A stretch of 63,479 bases of DNA, counting the filler, from Octopus bimaculoides (Eukaryota): the NCBI RefSeq assembly GCF_001194135.2. It is 5 parts of 5 records of this genome, joined end to end, with 100 filler letters (N's around TTAATTAATTAA, not from the genome) between each part and the next. Parts side by side here need not be neighbours in the genome. Positions count along the whole stretch, not along the records: positions 22,559 to 45,064 come from NC_068991.1; 4 more parts are not named here. The stretch is one strand, 5' to 3'. A program made the position numbers and the translations under genes. Positions 25,397-37,385 of the stretch are shown here, piece after piece. Below the pieces are notes generated by a model that saw only the letters and a list, made by a program, of their open reading frames with translations, was not told the DNA's origin and did not search any database. Within the stretch, counting starts at the first letter, position 1; each line of letters begins with the position of its first letter.

Positions 25397-25687
25397 CCCA
25401 TTACCTCCTATAATTTTATTAACTGGAATTTTTTTTTATGAAACTTTCATTTCTAGCATAAAACAGCCTTAGAAACACGCTGGAATGATCAAAATAACAT
25501 TTCAAAATAACATTTTAAATAGAAATAAGCAAGATATTGGGTGAAAATTAGCAAACCACATTTGAATATCAGAGAAATATACCTAGTAGATATAGCAAAA
25601 AGGTTAGATATGTGTAAATATTGACAGATAATTACAAAATTTGTAATTTTTAAGTGATCTCATATGAGATCACTGGTAGGTAATGGG
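25397..25687. mobile_element. piggyBac-type MITE in a DLST intron
   Basis: Perfect 10-bp TIRs CCCATTACCT (25397-25406) and AGGTAATGGG (25678-25687), flanked by TTAA on both sides, 291 bp, no ORF. Confidence 0.85.
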
Positions 25688-25722
25688 TTAAAGGTGAGCA
25701 AAACTAAATATTCTAGGGGAAT

Positions 25723-25856
25723 CAATCTTAACAGAGGCATATGGTTAAAATTGTCAACATTAACAGAAGCACGTGGTTATAAGAGTCAACATTTAAGAAA
25801 TATGTGGTGATAAGAGTCAATGCTAATAGAAGGCATGTGATTATAAAATTCAACAT
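25723..25856. repeat. ~33-bp degenerate tandem repeat, about 4 units
   Basis: Recurring aacattaacagaagca.gtggttataagagtc. Confidence 0.7.
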
Positions 25857-26330
25857 TTTGCCATACCTGAAGCAAAAATAAATATTGAAAAAAAAAAACG
25901 TATTTGGTCAAATTTGGGCATAAGGGAGTTTAACATAATACCAATGATATATATACAATAATAAAAACAGGAAAAGCATAAATTTCACAGATAGATCATA
26001 ATTTAATTACTTTCAACAGCTGTTTCATTAGGAATAAACATCATTAATTCTATGGTTATGTAATTAAGATACCTAATTAATATAAATTAGTTAAAATTAA
26101 ATTTAAAGCAATGTTAAACAATGATGATGATGTTTCTATCCCAAATCAACATCCCAAAGCATCAGGCATACTACAGTCTGTGGTTGCTATAAGCTGTTGC
26201 TGATTTAAATACAAGTACACTGGATTTACTGCAATGTTATATCAGGTTGGAGTTAGTTTAATGACCTATTATAAATTACCATGGATATGTATATATATAT
26301 TTTTAATGTTTTATACATCATCCCTTTTCA

Positions 26331-26366
<36 letters not shown>

Positions 26367-26382
26367 GTATATATATATATAT

Positions 26383-26653
26383 AATATTAGGGATAAAATC
26401 CAAAATTACAGCTAAAAACTCAATTAAAATCAATTTATTAAAAATTAAAATTTAATTAAGCTTTACAGAATAAAATATATATAAATATATAGTTTTAGGG
26501 AAAAGAACCAAGGTTCATGAACTCATCGATAAAAATCCACTGTCACATATAGAAAAATTAATAATTAAAAGCATTTAATTATCATTAAAAATCAATTGAA
26601 TAATAAAAAAAATACAAGAATACTTATTTAATGCTTTTAATTATTAATTTTTC
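26383..26653. mobile_element. AT-rich (TA)n-anchored repeat with terminal hairpin
   Basis: tattagggataaaatccaaaattacag... recurs at ~4912-5050 and ~21340-21470, always next to (TA)n. This copy has a perfect 24-bp inverted repeat (26552-26575 / 26630-26653) abutting an N gap. Confidence 0.75.
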
Positions 26654-27026
26654 NNNNNNNNNNNNNNNNNNNNNNNNNNNNNNNNNNNNNNNNNNNNNNN
26701 NNNNNNNNNNNNNNNNNNNNNNNNNNNNNNNNNNNNNNNNNNNNNNNNNNNNNNNNNNNNNNNNNNNNNNNNNNNNNNNNNNNNNNNNNNNNNNNNNNNN
26801 NNNNNNNNNNNNNNNNNNNNNNNNNNNNNNNNNNNNNNNNNNNNNNNNNNNNNNNNNNNNNNNNNNNNNNNNNNNNNNNNNNNNNNNNNNNNNNNNNNNN
26901 NNNNNNNNNNNNNNNNNNNNNNNNNNNNNNNNNNNNNNNNNNNNNNNNNNNNNNNNNNNNNNNNNNNNNNNNNNNNNNNNNNNTATATACACATACACAT
27001 CTATATATAGAAAAGAGTATGCTTGC

Positions 27027-27135
27027 CTGAAAGTTTAACTTTAAACAATTGCTGTTCAGCTTCCACTTTTTCACCATCCTCAACGAAAAACTGTTCAATG
27101 ACACCTGCCACAGGTGATGGCACGGGGATGGTTGT
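27027..27135 (-). CDS. DLST: DLST exon: TTIPVPSPVAGVIEQFFVEDGEKVEAEQQLFKVKLS(A), with GC donor
   Basis: Completes the lipoyl domain (VPSP.AGVI...V.DG.KV). Acceptor cttcatttgcag, 109 bp, phase 0 to 1. The only phase-compatible donor before an in-frame stop is CAG|gcaagc. Confidence 0.92.
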
Positions 27136-27952
27136 CTGCAAATGAAGTAGACAGATGGATACTACAATGGACTAGGAATAATAAACAAGCAACATTGAAA
27201 AAATATACCACCATTTGGTTTAACCTTTTAACATTTAGACTGATCATATCCAGCCAAAATATTCTGCCTTTCTTATGTTCAAACTGGCCAGATCCAACAT
27301 CTCATACCTACCCTACAGTGTCATTCTAAAAATAAACATCTTTTCTACTCTAGGTACAAGGCCCAAAATTTTGGGGGAGGGGGCCAGTCGATTAGATCAA
27401 TCCCAGTACACAACTGGTACTTAATTTATCGACCCCGAAAGGATGAAAGAGACCTACAAAGTAATGCATTGATTAATTCAAAACAATGTGAATAAATAAG
27501 CATTACTTATTACAGAATAATGTGAATGCTAAAATGTTAAGCAATTGCTGATTATATCGACCCCAGTACCTAACTGGTACTTATTTAATCGACCCCAAAA
27601 GGATGAAAGGTAAAGTCGACCTCGGCGGAATTTGAACTCAGAACGTAGCGGCAGACAAAATAGCGCTAAGCATTTTGCCCGGTGTGCTAACATTTCTGCC
27701 AGCTCACTGCCTAAATGTTTGTGTGTGTGTGTGTGTGTTGTGTGTGTCCCTCACCACCACTTGACAACTGGTGATGATGTGTTTACATTCTAGTAACTTA
27801 TAAATTCAGCAAAAGAGATCAAGAGAAGTATCAGGCTTAAAAAAACCCAAAAAAAGTACAGGGATCAGTTCATTCAGCTAAAACATTCTTCAAGGTGGTG
27901 CCCCAGCATGGCCACAGCCTAATGACTGAAACAAGTGAAAGATGAAAGATAC

Positions 27953-28008
27953 CTTGTCAGTCTCGATTTCAGCAACGACATCATCGACAGCCACTGAATC
28001 ACCAATTG
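27953..28008 (-). CDS. DLST: DLST exon: (A)IGDSVAVDDVVAEIETDK, ending on the lipoyl-lysine
   Basis: EIETDK lipoylation motif. Acceptor gtcttttaacag, donor AAG|gtatct, 56 bp, phase 1 to 0. Confidence 0.95.
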
Positions 28009-28534
28009 CTGTTAAAAGACAAGTAAAATCAATATAAAATACAAAAAAGAAAAAAGAAACAGTCTAGGTCATTGACTGCTTTAATCAGTATTGATTAGTT
28101 TAATCGATATTGAGAAAGATATATAAAGTAATATGGTAAGAAGAAAGTTTCAGAGAAAAGGTATATTTTTAAATGAATTAGAAAGAAAAAAAAAATCTAT
28201 GGAAACATATTTTCTCCCCAAGAAATTTATTAATTTAACTAAATTTTTCCACAGGTAACTATTTTTGTTTTTAGTGTATATTTCTGTTGCCCAGCATAAG
28301 TGCTTGATACAGCTTTTGGTGTGTGTGTGTGTGTGAGTGAGCAAGAGAGTGGGAAGGAAAAATAACAAGAGAGAGAGAGAAAGATACACATGGAGAGAGA
28401 GGAAGAGGCAAATACAGAAAGATGGATAAAGAGAGAAAGATAGACAGGTAGATAGATAGAGAGGGGGGAGGAGGAAAAGGAAAATGTAGAAAGACAAATA
28501 AAGAGAAGGAGTCACACAGATATATATGTGTGTG

Positions 28535-28569
<35 letters not shown>

Positions 28570-28571
28570 TT

Positions 28572-28610
<39 letters not shown>

Positions 28611-29099
28611 TTCTATTTATAGATCTCTACCAAAAATTTGGTAAAAATATTGTACCTATTATCAACGTAGCAAAATTCTCATATGAAAGGTTGTTAATCA
28701 TACAATTTTGTGTGCATATCAATTTACAATGGATCGCGTTATAGCTCTTATTTAAATTGATATATATATATATATATGTGTGTGGGTATGTATGTAGAGA
28801 GAGAGAGAGAGACAGAGAGAGAATGTGATTTTAAATTGTTACATTAATGATGGTTCTAGAGATGANNNNNNNNNNAGAGAGAGAGAGAGAGACAGAGAGA
28901 GAATGTGATTTTAAATTGTTACATTAATGATGGTTCTAGAGATGAAGTCTGTTTAATCAAAAAAAAACAAAAAAACATGCATACATCAACACAAACACTG
29001 ACACATGTGCATTTGCCGACACACTCACATACAGCAACATACGAGAAAGCACAAACATTCATGAACAATATCAATAAATATCGGTCAGAAGAACATCAC

Positions 29100-29174
29100 C
29101 TTTGACCCAGATAATGTCTCCTTCAGTAACAGATTCTGCAAAATGTGGAGTCAAAACAATATGGAAGTCATCAA
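29100..29174 (-). CDS. DLST: DLST exon (start of lipoyl domain): xDDFHIVLTPHFAESVTEGDIIWVK(A)
   Basis: Manual translation gives the P.FAESVTEGD..W.K motif of OGDH E2 lipoyl domains. Acceptor ttttatatttcag, donor AAAG|gtgatg, 75 bp, phase 1 to 1, in phase with the next exon. Confidence 0.93.
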
Positions 29175-29469
29175 CTGAAATATAAAAATAGAAAGACAGA
29201 AAGAATTAGTATAAAGTGGAGAAGGTGTGGTGTCTTCACATAACCATATACACTTCTCACACTAACTGGCACTTCATCGGTCATGACGACAAGTGTTACA
29301 GTTGATCTGATCAACGGAACAGCCTGCTCGTAAGGATTAATATGCAAGTGGTTGAGTACTCCACAGACATGCATACCCTTAATGTAATTCTCAGGGAGAT
29401 TCGATGTGAAACAGAGTATGGCAAGGTTGGCCCTTTGAAATACAGGTCCAACTCATTTCTGCACAAGGT

Positions 29470-29790
29470 GCATGGTTCAATGGTTAGAGTGTAGAGATCA
29501 CAATCATGAGGTAATGAGTTCGATTCCTGGACCGGGCTGTGTGTTGTTTTCTTGAGCAAGATAACTATTTCATGTTGCTCCAGTTCGCTCAGCTGTTGAA
29601 ATGAATTGTGATGTCCACTGGTGCCAAGCTGCATTGGCCCTTTTGCCTTTCCCTTGGATAACATCAGTGGCATGGAGAGAAGAGTCTGGTATGCATGGGT
29701 GACTGCTGGTCTTCCATAAACAACCATGCCTGGACTTGTGCCTCTGAGGGGAACTTTCTTACATGCAATCCCATGGTCATTCATGACCGA
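29470..29790 (+). mobile_element. Fourth tRNA-headed SINE-like family
   Basis: ggttcaatggttagag...gagttcgattcctggaccgggc...ttgagcaaga head. Related pieces at ~29810-29945(-), ~30735-30860(-), ~40380-40625(-) and ~54630-54775(-). Confidence 0.65.
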
Positions 29791-31915
29791 AGGGGTTCTT
29801 TTTTACTCAGTTCTGCAGCTGAATGGACTGGAGCAATTTGAAATAAAGTGCCTTGCTTAAAGACACAATGTGCCAGCAAGAATTGAACTCATAACCTTAC
29901 CATCATGAACTGAATATCCTAACCAACAAGCCATGTACTTTCACACTTCTCATAGTAACACCCACGTAATCTTACAATCACTGGTATCATCAAACACTAG
30001 AGAGATCATCCATGTGGTTGTTTTTCTGATAGCAATAGCAACCAAATCTTTATAATCACACTGTATTGTCTAAGAAAAGGAAGGACACACTGGATAATGT
30101 AGCCTTTGATATTGATAGACAGTGTCTGAAATACTGATGGGATAGTGATGGGTGAAACACCATTGATTCTATCTCTGATCAATCAGGAATGTTAAGGGTC
30201 TAAACATTAACAACAATGAAGGGAGTTTCAGTGTGAATAGGCTACCTTGTCACACAACCAACTACCTTAAAAAAAAAAAAAAAAAAACCCAGCACATGGC
30301 ATAATGTAGCAATGTAGTTCTAGAAACACCATGTCATGGTTAAAACACTTAATTTACCCATAAAAAGAAGTCTGCATTGCTACACTGAAGTAAAAGTAAA
30401 TAATATCGATACTTTAGACAAGTTGGCCATTTGTCAAGGTAAACTTAAGAGAACATAATTGTGCTGCATTTATAAATCTTCTTTAGTTATGTTTACCTTA
30501 CTTCAGTGCAGGTCTGTTTGTTTCAATGATGTTATTATGCTGATGATGGACCAAAACACAGAGACTTTATTACATGTAAGATATGATGTATGTGTGACTT
30601 AAACTTAGGTTTATCATGAGCCCTATGGCATATAAATGCCTGAGATTAAAACACACCCCCACTGAATAGGATGCCAGTCTGTTGCATGGATAACTTCCCA
30701 GCTATTGCAGGAAATCATTTACAGCTGGGGGTGGGGGGAGTGAAGCAGCATGAAACAAAGTGTTTTGCTCAACAAGAACAGAACTTACTGCCCGATCCAG
30801 GAATCGAAACCACAATGTTATGATAATGAGCATTGCAACACCCTAACCACTAGGCCACACTGTTTTGCTATACATGTGGGACATGGGTGAACTTTATAAC
30901 CCCAATCCCCCCCCCCNNNNNNNNNNNNNNNNNNNNNNNNNNNNNNNNNNNNNNNNNNCCCCCCATCAAAAGTGAGCCATTATAAAAAGAAGCTGTTGGT
31001 GTTTAGTTTAGGAAGCCCCTTTTTGAGTTAGAGAGGTACCTTTTTGGCTTGGAATTTTGTTGTTGTAGATGATGCTTGTTTTCAAGTGAATCACCATTTT
31101 GTCTACTATCCCTTCTTTTCCACTACAGATAAAAATCTGTAGTTTCTAGTGACAACTAGAATTTCAGAATTCCATGGCCAATGTAAACCTAGAATGTGGA
31201 GGAGATTAAATAAATTAGATAAATCTAAACATTAGGAAACATTTAACCTGGATTTGTACCATTTCTGCTGCTAGTCGATTAATCTTATTGCTCATAATGA
31301 TTCCTCAAATTGCTAACAATTTCAATAACTTCTTTGGTAGCTGTGCCATCAAGTTTACCAAATATTGATAATATGAGGTAATAAGCATTTTAAATATAGG
31401 CACAAGGCCAGAAATTGGGGGTGGGAAGGGAAGGATTTGTTGATTACATCAACTCCAGTACCTGACTGGTACTTATTTTAACAAACCCAAAGGGGCAAAA
31501 AGTGAAGCTGACCTCAGCAGAATTAGAACTCAGACGAAGCACCTTAACAACTCTACCAGTTCACCGCCCAAATAATAATAACAATAATCCTTTCTATTAT
31601 TTTCCAAATTCTAGAAGGAGGGTCTAGTCAATTACATTGACCCCCAGGGCTCAACTGGTACTTATTTTATTGATCCCAAAAAACTGAAAGGCAAAGTCAG
31701 CCTTGGCGGGATTTGAACTCAGAATGCAAAGCCAGAAGGAAAGCTGCTAAACGTTTTGTCCAACATGCCAACAATTCCCCCAGCTTGCTGTCATAAGTGA
31801 CTTGCATCAGCTGGGAAATGAAGCTGGGATGCCCACATGACAGACGAGCATTTTACTATTGAATGACTGATGCTGAATAACAATAATAATAATAATAATA
31901 ATAATTTTTAAAAAA

Positions 31916-32035
31916 ATGCTTACAGCACTTAGGTTTCCCAAGCAGTCAACCATCTAAGTACCAACTAGGCTCGATGTTGCTTAACTTCGGTGATCGGATG
32001 AGAACTGATGCTTTCAACATGATATAGCCGGCAAC
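31916..32035 (-). pseudogene. Full-length 5S rRNA copy, probably a pseudogene
   Basis: The minus strand reads GTTGCCGGCTATATCATGTTGAAAGCATCAGTTCTCATCCGATCACCGAAGTTAAGCAACATCGAGCCTAGTTGGTACTTAGATGGTTGACTGCTTGGGAAACCTAAGTGCTGTAAGCAT (120 nt), followed by a T-run. It contains the conserved CCGATCACCGAAGTTAAGC and GTACTT.GATGG segments, several CpG-type transitions and an altered 5' helix I strand. Confidence 0.9.
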
Positions 32036-32144
32036 ATTCGTCCTATTTTTTGGGGACTGCCATGTTAGCTTGGTGATAACTATTAATATCCAGTACCACT
32101 GCCGCAGTCTCCTTTAGAGAAACTTAGAAATACTAATATTTATA

Positions 32145-32292
32145 ATAATGATAATTGGTGCATTGAGAATGATAAAGAAGGGAGCTGAGAAGTATATTAA
32201 GCAACTCACTGGTGACTCCAATCTCCGTGAACTACAAAAGATAACTTTGATGGGTACAGCCCATATACTATGGAAAGCACTCTCCTTCTAAA
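32145..32292 (+). mobile_element. Third, more diverged R4/Dong-like C-terminal fragment
   Basis: IIGALRMIKKGAEKYIKQLTGDSNLRELQKITLMGTAHILWKALSF*. Confidence 0.65.
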
Positions 32293-32966
32293 ATGGAATA
32301 AATGTGGTGATAATTTTAGCATGCATAGCAAAACATAAGTGCCCTTGCTACTTTTGGCNNNNNNNNNNCCCCCCCCCGGTACAAAGACAGCTGAAATAAA
32401 GTTATAATGAAAGGAAACCATAAACAACAACAACAACAATAATAATCCCTTTTTAATATAGACACAAGGTCTGAAATTTTGTGTGAGTGTGTGGGAGGGA
32501 TAGTCGAGATTACATTGAAGCCAGTGCTTAGCTGGCACTTATTTCATCAACTCCAAAGAGATGAAAGACAAAGTTGACCTTGACTGAATTATTATTAATA
32601 ATAATAATAATGATGATGATAGTGCGACTGTTATTGAATGAACAATATTTCAACACTTCATGTGTCCTCCACAAGTTCAAAATGATCATCTAAATCTACT
32701 TCATTTTGGTAATATTTAAAAGGATTGATGTCACTCCTACCAAAATGAAGTAGAGACTGAGATGATTATTTTGAACTTGTGGAAGACACGCAAAGTGTCG
32801 AAATATTGATCATTCGATAACAGTCACACTCCAAATTTTGGCACAAGGTCAACAATTTTGAGAGGAAAAGGCAAGTCAATTACATTGGCGCCAGTACTTG
32901 ACTGGTACCTTATTCAATCAACTCTAGTGGGATGAATTTTTCGATGCAATTCTGCCAACTTGCCAT

Positions 32967-33002
<36 letters not shown>

Positions 33003-33004
<2 letters not shown>

Positions 33005-33336
33005 CAGCATGACAGCGAAACGGGCTGATTACTACCTAGCTCAGATACCAGGAAACCCCAAAATGGCTGAAGTTCAAAAGATAGTGCTCATGGGAACTGC
33101 CCATATCCTACGTAAAATACTGTCTATGTGATCTCAAATTTTAAAGCAAACACAATTTTCTTATGGTTTCTTAAACATTCTCGAGAACAACACTATGTAC
33201 AAATCCAAATATATGGTACCCTAGGCATAACACCTACATGAACTTCTAACTTGTTGTCTCTTGAGGTCTCTGGGTGAGACTTGGATCCAACTTGTACAAA
33301 TGCAAAACAAAAATCAAACCTAAAATAATAATAATA
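33003..33336 (+). mobile_element. 5'-truncated R4/Dong-like non-LTR retrotransposon 3' end inside (TAA)n
   Basis: KRADYYLAQIPGNPKMAEVQKIVLMGTAHILRKILSM* followed by a ~200-bp 3' UTR. (TAA)n on both sides. Confidence 0.75.
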
Positions 33337-33440
33337 ATGGTAACAAAAACAACAACCACAACAGTAAAGAACAACAACAATCCTTTCTACAATAGGCACA
33401 AGTCCTGAAATTGGGGGGGAGGGGAACAGTTGATTACATC

Positions 33441-33680
33441 AACCCCAGTGTCTCACTGGTACTTAATTTATCGACCCTGGAAGGATAATTCAACACAGGT
33501 GGAATCTGAACTTGGAATGTAAAGGCAGATAGAATAATGCTAAGCATTTTTGTCTAGCATAACCCCAGTGTCTCACTGGTACTTAATTTATCGACCCTCA
33601 AAGGATAAGTCAACACAGGTGGAATTTGAACTCGGAATGTAAAGGCAGATGGAATAATGCTAAGCATTTTTGTCTAGCAT
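33441..33680. repeat. 120-bp tandem duplication within a SINE C copy
   Basis: aaccccagtgtctcactggtac... starts at 33441 and 33561. The copies differ at several positions. Confidence 0.85.
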
Positions 33681-34674
33681 GCTAATGATTCTGTCAGGTC
33701 ACTGCCTTTATAATAATAATAATAATAATAATAATAATTTGATTATTATTTCTAACATATGCAAAAGGCTACAAATTGGTGAGGCGGGGGGGGGGGGGGT
33801 TTAGCTAATTAGATCGACTTGAGGCAGGAAGAAGGCCAAACATGGCCTCCAAATCTCATTTGCTTATACACATACATACACACCACATATGCATCGCAAA
33901 CAGTACACACACTCACTACCTTATGCACGTAACATATATTGCAAATGACGCATATACATCACAAACACAACCCCCCACCACCACCACCAACTCCTGGCGC
34001 ACCATACTCATCAGTAAAAGAGTTAAACCAATGAAAAATTTTAAGAACCTGATTGAAGTCACATCATCCAGGTGTTGTGTCGCAAAAGAGGGAGCAGGAG
34101 GAGGTAGGTAGGTAGGTAGGTAGGTAGAAATGATGGACTACCCCCCCACCCACCAGATCCTTCCCTCCTCCTCCTCATCTCCACACCGACCTGACCCTCA
34201 CCTGGAAAGATCTGTTTTGTTTTGACAGACTTTTCAAGATATTCAAGGGCAACACACACACACACACACACACACACAGAGAAATACATACACACATGGA
34301 CAGACACAAGGCTACATAGACACACACTCACCATTATTCCTATGTCATTTATGTTTCAGCATATGAAAAATTCTTTCTTCAAACACCATAAATACAAACC
34401 ACACACACACACACACACTCACATTCACACACACACGTTTTCATGTCAATGCATTCCAGTCATTAAGACAGCAAGGAAATTCTCCATTTTTTTACATGCA
34501 CATGTAAACACAAACACATAAACACATGCTTCTCAAGAAATACATAAACGCTTTAATACATAGGTACACAATACTCACTCACTCATTTCTCTCTCTCTTC
34601 CCTCATCTCTCTCTCTCTCTCCCTCTACACACACACATTCAAATGCAGATATACAAATACATACACATCAACAC

Positions 34675-34746
<72 letters not shown>

Positions 34747-36211
34747 TACATATATACACAACAAAGTTGGTTTGTGTAACTAACATTTTTGAAATGAAAA
34801 CAAAATTCTTTGTTGACGGATTTCCATCAATAATTATATCTGTGAGTCACAAACATCACACACACACCCCTCCCTCCTTCCCCCCTCTCTCTCTTTCACA
34901 CACACACACACACACAATCTACAGTCTCTGTACTTTGGACATACGTGAGAAATCATTGACACCACTGTAACGGTGATTGGCCTTTTTGTGTTGGTGTTGA
35001 TCTTAAACCCCAGGCCACAATCTGACCAAGCAGACCTAACAACATCAAAGGCCTTTCCACGTGTGACTCTTCCATCTATTTCATACCAGCAGAGAACTGA
35101 AGACTATGCTATACAATTTCTCCTTTTCAGCTTTTTTTTTTTTTGNNNNNNNNNNNNNNNNNNNNNNNNNNNNNNNNNNNNNNNNNNNNNNNNNNNNNNN
35201 NNNNNNNNNNNNNNNNNNNNNNNNNNNNNNNNNNNNNNNNNNNNNTCATTAACCTACTCTCTCTCTCTATCTCTCTCTCTACATACATACAATGCCGTTC
35301 ATTGAACTGTGAAACGAACCTCATCTCTTGTATTCGTCACCACCACCACCACTATCAACAATGACAAGCCATCTGGGCCCAACACACTTAAGACATTAGA
35401 CAGATTTGCTCTTTTTGGGGGAAGAGTCTGTTGTTTTCTGTTGTACACCTAACAGCCATCCAGACAAACAAACACAGACAGACAGATGGTAGACAAATGA
35501 CTATCTCTCTCATCACTATAGCTATCATCTCCAGATGTTTTGGCTTTCTACCTTCTGTTGATGTTGTTGTTGCTGTTCAGAGACACCTTTAACTGTTCAA
35601 CCTGCCCCCCTCCTCCCTACCATCTTGCCCATCAGTAGAAACTCCCCCAGCACCATCACCACCACCACACTCAACATCTCCAATACTTTTGTTGTTGCCA
35701 CCACCACCACCTCCACAGTTATATTATCCAATAAAGGAGTCTTTTACATGGTTGCTTGACTGCTAGAAACAACAACCCCATTTCCCTGAAATCACATTCT
35801 ACTGTTTTAAGGATGAAAAGCTAAGTTGACCTCGATGAAATTTGAACTCAGAACATAAAAACGGACAAAATACTGTTAAGTATTTCACCAGCGTACTAAT
35901 GATCCTTTATTGTTATAATGATAACAACAACAACAATAATAATGGTGTTGGTTTCAAATTCTGGCACAAGGTCAGTAATTTTGATGTAGGCACTAAGTCA
36001 ATTAAATTGACCCCCAGTGTTCAACTGGTACTAGGATGAAAGGCAAAGTCGGCCTTGGTGACATTTGAACTCAGAATGCCGCTAAGCATTTTGCTCCACA
36101 TGCAAACAATTCTGCCAGCTCGCAGCCTTAATAGTAAAATACATCCAGTTTCCATATGGACATGAGTGGGACAGGTTGTTAGAGTACAAGTTAGAGTACA
36201 ACTGATTCTTA

Positions 36212-36626
36212 AGAGTGGCTGTGTGGTAAGTAGCTTGCTTACCAACCACATGGTTCCGGGTTCATTCCCACTGCGTGGCACCTTGGGTAAGTGTCTTCTA
36301 CTATAGCCTCGGGCCGACCAAAGCCTTGTGAGTGGATTTGGTAGATGGAAACTGAAAGAAGCCTGTCGTATATATGTATATATATATGTGTGTGTGTGTG
36401 TGTATATGTATGTATGTGTGTGTTTATGTGTCTGTGTTTGTCCCCCCAACATCGCTTGACAACCGATGGTGGTGTGTTTACGTTCCTGTAACTTAGCGGT
36501 TCGGCAAAAGAGACCGATAGAATAAGTACTAGGCTTCCAAAGAATAAGTCCTGGGGTCAATTTCCTTGACTAAAGGTAGTGCTCCAGCATGGCCGCAGTC
36601 AAATGACTGAAACAAGTAAAAGAGTA
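36212..36626 (+). mobile_element. SINE family A, near full length
   Basis: Colinear with 3565-3957 throughout. Confidence 0.9.
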
Positions 36627-37106
36627 CCACTCTCCAAGATGAGTTGGAGGAGTTGGTCTTGTTTATTTCGTATTGTGTTTTGGTTTCTACAGTCAGGAAA
36701 TGCCCTTCCTACTATCAATCACTTTACAAGAGTGGGTGCATGTTATTGTGACACTAGAACTACGTACGTACATGCGTGCATGTGTGTGTGTGTAATGCGA
36801 TAAGAGACAAGTGGCAACATCTTGGTAGTTAGTCTTAAACAGTTGTCAGTTGAGCACAGCATTCTTGCTAGACTTCAGCCTTCAACACCAGACTTATGAC
36901 AGATGTCTATGGAGACTGGTGGGGGTAGGGATGGAGAAAGGAAGGACATAGTAGGTTGAGAGGGATGGAGGTGAGTGACAGAGTGGTAGAGTAAATGAGT
37001 GTATATTGTAAGACTGAGAGAGCAGACTGGCTGTACACTGAGTGAAAGAGAGAACATGCTAGAGAGGGGATGAGAGATGGGATGCTAGAGAGGTGTTGGG
37101 CAAGAG

Positions 37107-37385
37107 CAGGGCTGGCCAACCTGAGGCCTGAAGGTCACATGTGGCCTGCTTGATGCTTTCTTGAAATGGGTTTATTTAAATAAACATTTAAAAATTTTTT
37201 TATCAAAAATTAAAGATTGTACTGAAAAGTAAAAAAGAAAGATACTACTGTTTTTGCAACGATAATATTTCATGTTGAATTAACGACCATTCATTCATTA
37301 TTGTAATAATAGCATGAGAAAGCAAAATGTTTTCAATTCTGTCAGTACACAAGTGGCCCTCAAACTTTCAGTGATTAAAGTGGCC
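37107..37385 (+). mobile_element. hAT-like MITE left end
   Basis: Begins CAGGGCTGGCCAACCTGAGGCC...CATGTGGCC, as in hAT-type termini; gtggccct recurs near 37352. The right TIR is not seen. Confidence 0.45.

Noticed and set aside
28790-28945. ~70-bp direct repeat around a 10-N gap
   Set aside because: An identical overlap across a gap; assembly artefact.
30348-30539. Possible DLST transit-peptide exons (30502-30539 HNNIIETNRPAL, and a short exon near 30348-30376)
   Set aside because: The splice signals are plausible, but I could not build a phase-consistent chain to the 29174 exon and there is no conserved motif.
35540-35720. Pro-rich (+) or Gly-rich (-) frame resembling the DLST linker
   Set aside because: Low-complexity CCA/ACC repeats with in-frame stops and no convincing splice pair.
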